A stretch of 64,000 nt of DNA, from positions 288,001 to 352,000 of the forward strand of contig CAVYSW010000009.1 of the NCBI GenBank assembly GCA_963771275.1, in the 5' to 3' direction. The position numbers and the translations under genes were made by a program. Positions 8,175 through 15,560 of the stretch are shown piece after piece. Below the pieces are notes generated by a model. The model did not search any database. It was not told the origin of the DNA and saw nothing but the letters and a program-made list of their open reading frames with translations. How positions within the stretch are numbered: the first letter of the stretch is position 1; the number at the start of each line of letters is the position of its first letter. Source of the DNA: an uncultured Gemmatimonadales bacterium (GTDB lineage Bacteria > Gemmatimonadota > Gemmatimonadetes > Gemmatimonadales > GWC2-71-9).

Positions 8175-9967
8175 CAGGCGGCGTGTCCCCGCCCGCGGCC
8201 GCTGCCCGCGCTGGCCACGAGCCACTCCGCCAGCGCCAGCAGCAGCGCCGCGGCCAGCAGCGGCGTCGCGGCCTCGACGCGCCGGCTTGCGGCGAACGCC
8301 CGACCGGTGAGCGCGGCCCGCTCCACGAGAGCGGTGCGGGGACCGAGGGCCCGGCGCACCGCCGCGTATGCCGCCGGCCGGAAGTCGGATTCCCGCGGAT
8401 CCGGACTGACCGCGAGGCCGCCGATCGTGTCACCGGCGGCGTCGAGCATGAAGTACACGCCGGGGGTCGCCGGCGCCTCGAGCCGCTCACCCGTCACGGG
8501 CACCGGCCCGTCGGGGAGCAGCAGGCTCGCCGCCTGCTCCGGCAGGCGCACGACCGCGCCCGGCGTCGCCGCCACCTGCCACGCCTCGGCGGCCGCCACA
8601 CGGTTTACCAGCGCGTCGAGAAACGGCACGAAGCCCGGGGTCAGCGGCAACGCGGTCCAGCGCTCTTCGAGCCGGCTCGCGACGATCACGACCTGCCCGT
8701 CGTGCACGAGCCACGGCTCTCCGCCGGCGCGCTCGATCACGCGCCCGCCGCCCGTCAGGCGATAGCGCCGGTACACCGCCGCGCCGGCCGCGTCGCCGAG
8801 CGCGCCCGACACCGCCCACTCGCCGGCGAGCAGCACCCCGAACCGCGCCGACACGCCGCGCGCGGCGAGCGCCCGGTTCACGGAGCCCACGAGCGCGGGG
8901 TCGGCCGGCGGGAACAGCACCGTGCGACCCGACGTCGGCCGGTCGGTGAGCGTGACCTCGTGGCCGCGGCGCACGCGCCCGCCGCTCTCGAGCACTCCCA
9001 CGGCCGCCGCCACGAAGGCGCCGGCCCCCGAGTCGAGCGACACCGCCGCCGGCGGCGCGGAGCGGATCGCGATCCAGCGCGCGTCGTCGAGCCGGTTCTC
9101 GTCGGGTGTGAGCAGGACCTGGGCGGCATGCCAGCCCGGTGGCACGCTCTCGACCGACAGCACCACCTGGTCGCCCGCGGCCGCGAGATCGCGGGCCAGG
9201 ACCCGGCCGCCCATCGTGAGCTGCACCTCGCCGGGTCCGCCCGATCCCCCGACGCTCACGAGCACGCGCCCCCCCGGCGACCAGCTCGCGGGCTCGACGC
9301 GCGCCGAATCCACGCCGTGATTGTCCGGCAGGGCCGGCGGGATCAGCACGAGGACGCGCGCCGCGAGCGGCCCGCCCGGCGAGAACGCGCTCGCCTGCAG
9401 GTCGCTCAGCACCACGACGGTCCCGGGCAGCGGCTGCGCGCGGAGCAGGCCGTCGACCGCGCGGACGGCGTCGCCGAGATCGAGCCGCACGGCGAGCGGC
9501 GCGGGCTCCGCCAGCAGCGCGAGCGCCTGGTCGCGGTCGACCGCGCGCGGGATGCCGTCGGCGAGCACGAGCCAGAGCCGGTCACCGGGCGCCGCGGCGG
9601 TGAGCACGTCGCGGGCCGCTGCTCCCAGCTCGTCCACGACGCGCCGCCCGCCGCTCACCGCCGCGGAGGACAGCGAGTTGTCCACGATCAGCGCCAGCGC
9701 CGACGGCGCGTGGGCGCCGCCGAGCGGCAGCGGCACGACGGGTCGCGCGGCGGCGAGCACCACCGCCACGATCAGCAGCGTCCGCAGCACCAGGAGGAGA
9801 AGATTGCGCAGCTTGAGGCGCCGGCTGTGGCGCGCCTCGGTCTCGGTCAGATAGCGCACCGCCGGGAACACCACGGTCTGCGGCTGTCGTCGCTGCAGCA
9901 GGTGGAGCAGCGCCGGCAGGCTCGCCGCCGCGAGGCCGAGCAGCGCCAGCGGCTCGAGGAACGTCAT
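8174..9967 (-). CDS. BatA-type N-terminal double-TM / vWA domain membrane protein
   Basis: MTFLEPLALLGL..PALLHLL..FPAVRYL..LLLLVLR (BatA N-terminus); MIDAS-like VDNSLSS and VVLSD; C-terminal ESD followed by a TM helix. Confidence 0.85.
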   Translation of the reverse strand: MTFLEPLALLGLAAASLPALLHLLQRRQPQTVVFPAVRYLTETEARHSRRLKLRNLLLLVLRTLLIVAVVLAAARPVVPLPLGGAHAPSALALIVDNSLSSAAVSGGRRVVDELGAAARDVLTAAAPGDRLWLVLADGIPRAVDRDQALALLAEPAPLAVRLDLGDAVRAVDGLLRAQPLPGTVVVLSDLQASAFSPGGPLAARVLVLIPPALPDNHGVDSARVEPASWSPGGRVLVSVGGSGGPGEVQLTMGGRVLARDLAAAGDQVVLSVESVPPGWHAAQVLLTPDENRLDDARWIAIRSAPPAAVSLDSGAGAFVAAAVGVLESGGRVRRGHEVTLTDRPTSGRTVLFPPADPALVGSVNRALAARGVSARFGVLLAGEWAVSGALGDAAGAAVYRRYRLTGGGRVIERAGGEPWLVHDGQVVIVASRLEERWTALPLTPGFVPFLDALVNRVAAAEAWQVAATPGAVVRLPEQAASLLLPDGPVPVTGERLEAPATPGVYFMLDAAGDTIGGLAVSPDPRESDFRPAAYAAVRRALGPRTALVERAALTGRAFAASRRVEAATPLLAAALLLALAEWLVASAGSGRGRGHAA

Positions 9968-9968
9968 C

Positions 9969-10898
9969 TCAGCCGAGCCGCGCCCGCCGCTGCGCGGCCC
10001 GCCGCAGCACGTGCCCGAACGGCGTGTCGGTGGTGACGTGGAAATAGGCCATGCCGTTCCGGCGGCACGCCGAGCGCCACGCGTCGATCACGCGGCGCAC
10101 GGTCTCGCGGTACGCGGCCCGGATCTCGCGCGGCCGGGTGACGACCGTCTCTCCCGACTCCGAGTCCTGGAACCGTGCCTCCGGCGGCCCGGCGAGCTCG
10201 AGCTCGGCCGGGTCCATCACGTGGAACACGATCACCTGATGCCCGCGGTGCCGCAGGAACTGCAGCGCTCGCAGCGCGAGATCGCGCTCGAACAGCAGGT
10301 CGGACACGAACACGACGAGCCCGCGGCGCGTGAGCAGGTCCGTGACCCGCTTGAGCGCCGGCTCGGCCGCCGTCCCCTGCCCCGGCTCGAGCCCGGCCAG
10401 CGTGGACAGCAGCAGCCACCGCTGCTGCACCCGGAGCCGCGCCGGCACCAGCGCCCGCACCGTCTCGTCGAACGCCACGAGGCCGGTGGCATCCCGCTGC
10501 CGCAGCAGCACCAGCACCAGCGCTGCCACGAGGCGCTGGGCATACCCCAGCTTGGTCAGCCGCCGCGCGTCGCCGGTCCAGTCCATCGAGCGGCTCGTGT
10601 CCAGCACCGCCATGGCTCGGAGGTTGGTCTCGGCCTCGAACTGCTTGATCGTGAGGCGGTCCGCGCGGGCCAGCACCTTCCAGTCGAGATAGCGCAGCTC
10701 GTCGCCCGCCTGATAGGGCCGATGCTCGGTGAACTCCGCCGAGAACCCCCGGAACGGCGAGCGGTGCAGGCCGGCGAGAAAGCCCTCCACGATGCCGCGC
10801 GTGGTGAGCTCAATCCCACCCAGTTGGGCGACCTCGTAGGGGTCGAGCAGGTCGAGCCGTTGGCTTACCACCGCCGCCGCGTCCTCGAAAGGGGACAA
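9969..10898 (-). CDS. DUF58 family protein (MoxR/vWA-associated)
   Basis: GLHRSPFRGFSAEFTEHRPYQAGDELRYLDWKVLAR, KQFEAET, LDTSRSM, VSD. The TTG start is uncertain. Confidence 0.92.
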   Translation of the reverse strand: MSPFEDAAAVVSQRLDLLDPYEVAQLGGIELTTRGIVEGFLAGLHRSPFRGFSAEFTEHRPYQAGDELRYLDWKVLARADRLTIKQFEAETNLRAMAVLDTSRSMDWTGDARRLTKLGYAQRLVAALVLVLLRQRDATGLVAFDETVRALVPARLRVQQRWLLLSTLAGLEPGQGTAAEPALKRVTDLLTRRGLVVFVSDLLFERDLALRALQFLRHRGHQVIVFHVMDPAELELAGPPEARFQDSESGETVVTRPREIRAAYRETVRRVIDAWRSACRRNGMAYFHVTTDTPFGHVLRRAAQRRARLG

Positions 10899-10942
10899 CG
10901 CAACGGCTTCCGACCCAGCGGTCGATATCTCAAGGCATTGAA

Positions 10943-10985
10943 TATCAACAACTTATCATGTCTGCGCCCGTGGCACGCAGTCTGC
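10943..10985 (+). promoter_or_regulatory. Putative IHF site plus sigma54 (-24/-12) promoter of the DUF4384-like gene
   Basis: TATCAACAACTTA (10943-10955) matches WATCAAN4TTR exactly. TGGCACGCAGTCTGC (10971-10985) has GG-N10-GC spacing. Confidence 0.7.
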
Positions 10986-11039
10986 CTTTCCAATTGGCTG
11001 GAAGCGCCGATTGAGGACCGTGCGGCGCGGGAGTATACG

Positions 11040-12266
11040 ATGCTGATTCCAATCTTAATCGCCTCGCTCGCCCTTCCGGGGATCACCGCCGACATCTCGC
11101 CCGCCGCCCTCACGCGGCACCAGGGCGCCGTGTTGCCGACCGTCCAGATCTGGACGAACCGCGACGAAGTGCTCCATCGCGGCGACAAGCTCAAGGTGTA
11201 TTTCCGGACGGACGTGGATGGCTACGTCAGCGTGTTCCGCATCGATACCGACGGCCGGATTCGCGTCGTGTTCCCCGTCGGTCCCTGGGACGACAACTAC
11301 GCCCGGGGCGGCGCGCGCTACCAGGTCGACCCGCGCGACGACGGATACACCTTCCGCGTTGATGATTACCCGGGGCAGGGGTATCTGTTCGCGATCGCGA
11401 GCCTCGACCCGTTCCTCTATACGCGCTACGTCCGGAACGATCATTGGGACTACCGCATGATCGGCACCGAGGGGCGCGTCGCGGGGGATCCGTACGTCGC
11501 GATCTACGATGTCATCGACGCGATCGTGCCGCCTAGCTACGTGGACTACTCCTATGACGTGGTGCCGTACTTCGTCGAGGAGCACTACGACTATCCGCGG
11601 TTCCTGTGCTACAGCTGCCACGCGTACGCGGCGTACCCGTACTGGGACCCGTACGCGCACTCCTGCGCGCGTTTCCGGATCGTGATCTACGACGATCCCT
11701 ACTACTACCCCGCGCGGACCTACTACGCGACGCGGGTGGTGTACCGGCGGCCCGTGGTGCCCGTTCCGCGCTACGTGTTCAAGGACCGGACCCCGAACGA
11801 CGGATACGTGACCACCGTGCGCGAGCGGCCGGTCGATCAGAGCGGACGGCGGCTGATCGAGCCCGGCGCCACGCGGCGCGACCTGCCGGGAGGCGGCATC
11901 CTCCCCACGCCGACGTCGCCGCGCACCGCCCCCGTCGCCGGAGCCGACGCGGGCCGGCGGCTCGCCCCCGGTACCGGGCGCGAAGCGGCGCGACCCACGA
12001 TCCCGACGCTCGAGCGGCGCGATCCGGCCAAGGCACCGGAGCGGCGTGCGGCCCCGGCCCAGGCGCCGCCGAAGACACAGTCGCCGCCGGCCACGACGGC
12101 GCCGACCCGGCGCGGGGCACCGAGCGCGCCCCCCAAGGTCGACAAGAGCACGCCGCCGCGCACGGTGCAGCCCAAGGCACCGCCCAAGCAGGCGCAGCCG
12201 CCCAAGGCATCGCCGCCGAAGACCGATCCGAAGCGCGGCACGACGCCGCCCAAACGGCGCGGCTGA
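11040..12266 (+). CDS. Secreted DUF4384-like protein with a Tyr-rich segment, one CxxCH motif and a Pro/Lys-rich tail
   Basis: Signal-like N-terminus MLIPILIASLALPG; RGDKLKVYFRTDVDGYVSVFRIDTDGRIRVVFP (DUF4384-like); FLCYSCH; low-complexity C-terminus. Confidence 0.75.
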   Translation: MLIPILIASLALPGITADISPAALTRHQGAVLPTVQIWTNRDEVLHRGDKLKVYFRTDVDGYVSVFRIDTDGRIRVVFPVGPWDDNYARGGARYQVDPRDDGYTFRVDDYPGQGYLFAIASLDPFLYTRYVRNDHWDYRMIGTEGRVAGDPYVAIYDVIDAIVPPSYVDYSYDVVPYFVEEHYDYPRFLCYSCHAYAAYPYWDPYAHSCARFRIVIYDDPYYYPARTYYATRVVYRRPVVPVPRYVFKDRTPNDGYVTTVRERPVDQSGRRLIEPGATRRDLPGGGILPTPTSPRTAPVAGADAGRRLAPGTGREAARPTIPTLERRDPAKAPERRAAPAQAPPKTQSPPATTAPTRRGAPSAPPKVDKSTPPRTVQPKAPPKQAQPPKASPPKTDPKRGTTPPKRRG

Positions 12267-12288
12267 GGCGACGCCTCACGCAGATCCC

Positions 12289-12322
12289 GACGGGCGGGCC
12301 CAGCGGCCCGCCCGTCTTGTTT
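12289..12322 (+). terminator. Intrinsic terminator
   Basis: GACGGGCGGGCC-CAGC-GGCCCGCCCGTC (12-bp perfect stem) followed by TTGTTT. Confidence 0.85.
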
Positions 12323-12386
12323 GGACCCGCGCGCGTTATCTTCCCGCCGTCCGCTCGGCCCGAACCCCTTCAGGAGACGTTCGCCG

Positions 12387-13910
12387 ATGCGCTCGCTCGC
12401 TCTCGTGCTGCTCGCTCTCGGTCTTCCCGCGCTGGCCGCGGCCCAGGATGGCGTGGCCCGGGCGGCCGCGGCCATCACGCCCCGGGACATCGCGGCGCGG
12501 ATCGGCGTCATCGCGCACGATTCGATGCGGGGCCGTGAGACGCCAAGCCCCGAGCTCGACAAGGTGGCGGCGTACATCGCCGGGGAATTCCGCCGGTTCG
12601 GGCTCGCGCCCGGCGGCGACGCGGGCACGTTCATCCAGCACTACGCCATCGAGCGCACGCAGCTCGACACGGCGGCGTCCAGCATCGCCGTGCGCGGCGG
12701 GCCGACGATCCGGTTTGGCGCGGGCGCGGTCACGCAGCGCGGCGGCTACGCACCGGACGGAGTGACGGGCCCCGTGGTGCTCGTGTCGGGGACCGCCGCG
12801 ACGCCGGAGGACGCGGCGCGGCTCGACGTCAAGGGCAGGGTCGTCATCGCGGTCGTGCCGACCGACGCCACCGGGCAGCCCACTGCTGCCGGGCGAACAC
12901 TGCTCGCGGGACTCGCCCGCGGCGCGCCGGTCGCGCTCCTCGTGGCGACGAGCGCGCGGAACGAGACCTGGCGGGAGATGGTCCGCCTCGAGCTGAGCAC
13001 CCGCATGGACGTGCCGTGGCGCGAAGGCGACGGCCCGCCCATGGTGCTCGTCCGCGACCGCGCGCTGGCGCCGGTGCTGCGGCGCGCCGGTGTCGACATC
13101 GCGGCGGCCCGGCGGGCCGCGCCGCCCACCGCGCGAGCGCTTCCCGGCCTCGGCCTTACGGTGACGGTCAAGGCGCGGGTACTCGAGGCGATGCGCGCCC
13201 CCAACGTCGTGGGCGTGCTCGAGGGCGGCGATCCCGCGCTCAGGCAGGAGTACATCGTGCTCAGCGCTCACATGGACCACGTGGGGACGGCGGGGACGGG
13301 CCGCTGCCGGGCGCAGGGTGCGGACTCGATCTGCAACGGCGCGGACGACGACGCGTCCGGCACGATCGCCGTGGTGGAGGCGGCGCAGGCGTTCGCCATG
13401 CTGCAGCCGCGGCCGAAGCGCTCGCTCATCTTCCTCACCGTGAGCGGCGAGGAGCGCGGGCTCTGGGGGAGCGACTACTTCGCGTCACATCCGCCGGTGG
13501 CGATCGACCGGATCGTGGCGGACCTGAACATGGACATGGTCGGCCGCAACTGGAAGGACACAATCGTCGTGATCGGGAAGGAGCACTCGGATCTGGGCAG
13601 CACGCTCGCCGCGGTGAGCGCGCGCCACCCCGAGCTCCACATGGCGGCGATCGACGACCTCTGGCCAGCCGAGGCGTTCTACTTCCGCTCGGACCACTAC
13701 AACTTCGCGCGCCGCGGCGTGCCGATTCTATTCTTCTTTAACGGCACGCACCCCGACTACCACCGGCCGAGCGACGAGGTCGCCAAGATCGACGCGGAGA
13801 AGGAATCCCGCATCGTGCAGCTCGTCTTCTACCTGGGCGTCGAGCTGGCCGACACGGCGGAGAAACCGAAGTGGAATCCTGAGAGCTACCGCCAGATCGT
13901 GGGGCGCTGA
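12387..13910 (+). CDS. Secreted M28 family metallopeptidase with a PA-like insert
   Basis: SD CAGGAG; signal peptide; SAHMDH, NGADDDASG, GEERGLWGS, NMDMVGR, RSDHYNF, DYH. Confidence 0.93.
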   Translation: MRSLALVLLALGLPALAAAQDGVARAAAAITPRDIAARIGVIAHDSMRGRETPSPELDKVAAYIAGEFRRFGLAPGGDAGTFIQHYAIERTQLDTAASSIAVRGGPTIRFGAGAVTQRGGYAPDGVTGPVVLVSGTAATPEDAARLDVKGRVVIAVVPTDATGQPTAAGRTLLAGLARGAPVALLVATSARNETWREMVRLELSTRMDVPWREGDGPPMVLVRDRALAPVLRRAGVDIAAARRAAPPTARALPGLGLTVTVKARVLEAMRAPNVVGVLEGGDPALRQEYIVLSAHMDHVGTAGTGRCRAQGADSICNGADDDASGTIAVVEAAQAFAMLQPRPKRSLIFLTVSGEERGLWGSDYFASHPPVAIDRIVADLNMDMVGRNWKDTIVVIGKEHSDLGSTLAAVSARHPELHMAAIDDLWPAEAFYFRSDHYNFARRGVPILFFFNGTHPDYHRPSDEVAKIDAEKESRIVQLVFYLGVELADTAEKPKWNPESYRQIVGR

Positions 13911-13916
13911 CGCGAG

Positions 13917-13993
13917 TGCAGATGGCAGATTGAAGATCGCAGGTTGGAGATTGGAGACCGCCCGACTCCCGATCTGCAAGCTGCCATCCTCTT
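13917..13993. repeat. Degenerate heptamer inverted repeat (consensus TGCAGAT / ATCTGCA) between convergent genes
   Basis: TGCAGAT GGCAGAT TGAAGAT CGCAGGT TGGAGAT TGGAGAC, then ACTCCCG ATCTGCA AGCTGCC ATCCTCT. Confidence 0.75.
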
Positions 13994-15397
13994 CTAGCGT
14001 GAGCTCAGCTCCTTCACGAGCCGGGAGAGAAACTCCTGCCCCTCGAAGAACGCCGTGACGCCGATCCGCTCGTCGCGGCCGTGCGCGCGGGTGTCGCCGA
14101 TCTCCTCGAACAGCCCCGACACGCCGTAGGTCGGAATCCCGGCGTTCCGGAGATAGAGGCCGTCGGTGGCGCCCGTCACCATCGTGGGCACCACCGGGAC
14201 CCCGGGCCACATCGCCTGCGTCACGCGTTCGACAGCGCCGAGTACTTCCGGCAGCAGCGGCGAAGCCGCGCTCGGCTTGGCCGCGGCGATTGGTGAGACG
14301 CTGATGGCGGAGTCGGCAAGCACACGCACCAGCGTCGCCTGGACCGAGTCGGGGACCTCGCCCGGGAGCAGCCGGCAGTTGACCGTGGCCCGGGCCGTCT
14401 GGGGCAGCGCGTTCTCGGCGTGTCCCGCGGCGAGCATCGTCGGGATACAGGTGGTCCGCATCAGGGCGTTGTAGTAGGGCTCCACCGCGAGACGCGCCAC
14501 CGCACCGGGATCCGGCGTGTCGCCCGCGGCGACCGCGCGCATGACCTCGCCCTGCGCGCCGCCCGCGATCGCCCCCATCCGCTGGAAGAACGCGCGCGTC
14601 GTCTCGGTGAGCCGCACCGGGAACTGATACGCCGAGAGCCGGGTGAGCCCGGCGGCGAGCCGGTAGATCGCGTTGTCGGGCCGCGGCAGCGAGCTGTGCC
14701 CGCCGCTGTTCCGCACCTCGAGCGTGAAGCTCAAGTACACCTTCTCGCTCGTCTGGAGCTCGTTCAGCACCCGCTTGCCGTCCTCGAGCTCGCCCCCGCC
14801 CCCTTCGTTCAGCGCGTACGCGGCGTCGATCAGGTCCCGGTGCGTCCGCAGCAGCCAGTCCACGCCGTTCGCGTCGCCGCCCTCCTCGTCCGCCGTGAGC
14901 GCCACGATGAGATCGCGGTCGGGAGCGAATCCCTGCTCCTTGAGCAGGATGAAGCTCGCGATCCAGATCGCGGCCATCGCCTTGTCGTCGCTCGTGCCGC
15001 GGCCGTAGAAGTAGCCGTCCCGCTCCAGGAACGTGAACGGATCGACCGACCAGTCCGCTCGGAGCGCCTCGACCACGTCGAGATGGGCGAGCAGCAGCAG
15101 CGGCGGCCTGGTACCGCGCCCGCGATAGCGGGCGACCAGATTCCCGTGAACGGAATCCGGGCCGAGCACGTGGACGTCACCCGCCGGAAACCCCGCGGCG
15201 CGGAGCCGGGCCGCCATCGCCTCCGCGGCCGCGGTCGTGTTGCCGCTCGAGTGCGTCGTGTTGATCTCGATCAGCTGGGCAAAGACGTCGCGAGCGAGCT
15301 GCCGCGCGTGGGGCAGCCGGGCGTCCTGCCCGGTCACCGCGCGCGGCGCGCCGAGGGCGATCGCGCCGAGGAGAACGAGAACGGAGTGGTTGCGCAT
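13994..15397 (-). CDS. Secreted M20/M25/M40 family metallo-hydrolase
   Basis: Start at ATG 15397 (signal MRNHSVLVLLGAIALG); LLAHLDVV, GRGTSDDK, ADEE, NEGG, GGHSS, GATDG, AHGRDE. Confidence 0.93.
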   Translation of the reverse strand: MRNHSVLVLLGAIALGAPRAVTGQDARLPHARQLARDVFAQLIEINTTHSSGNTTAAAEAMAARLRAAGFPAGDVHVLGPDSVHGNLVARYRGRGTRPPLLLLAHLDVVEALRADWSVDPFTFLERDGYFYGRGTSDDKAMAAIWIASFILLKEQGFAPDRDLIVALTADEEGGDANGVDWLLRTHRDLIDAAYALNEGGGGELEDGKRVLNELQTSEKVYLSFTLEVRNSGGHSSLPRPDNAIYRLAAGLTRLSAYQFPVRLTETTRAFFQRMGAIAGGAQGEVMRAVAAGDTPDPGAVARLAVEPYYNALMRTTCIPTMLAAGHAENALPQTARATVNCRLLPGEVPDSVQATLVRVLADSAISVSPIAAAKPSAASPLLPEVLGAVERVTQAMWPGVPVVPTMVTGATDGLYLRNAGIPTYGVSGLFEEIGDTRAHGRDERIGVTAFFEGQEFLSRLVKELSSR

Positions 15398-15502
15398 GGC
15401 CGGACAACATACCCGGCACCGACCCGGCGCGCGAGGTGCACGCGGCCGTCGCCCCGTGGCGGGCGCCGGGACATGTCGGCATCTTCCAGCGAGTGCCATC
15501 TG

Positions 15503-15547
15503 TTCTGCACCCTGCATTCTGCGTTCCGCGTTCTGCGTTCTGCGTTC
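15503..15547. repeat. Tandem heptamer array (TTCTGCG)x6, degenerate
   Basis: TTCTGCA CCCTGCA TTCTGCG TTCCGCG TTCTGCG TTCTGCG TTC, directly before the SD (CGGAGG) of the CocE/NonD gene. Confidence 0.85.
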
Positions 15548-15560
15548 TTTCGGAGGTCGT

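Noticed and set aside
4671..8765. Very long alternative-frame ORFs (e.g. 4671-8765, 14420-17848, 20361-23696, 46635-49565)
   Set aside because: They are antisense or off-frame shadows of well-supported genes, lack recognisable motifs, and are expected at this GC content.
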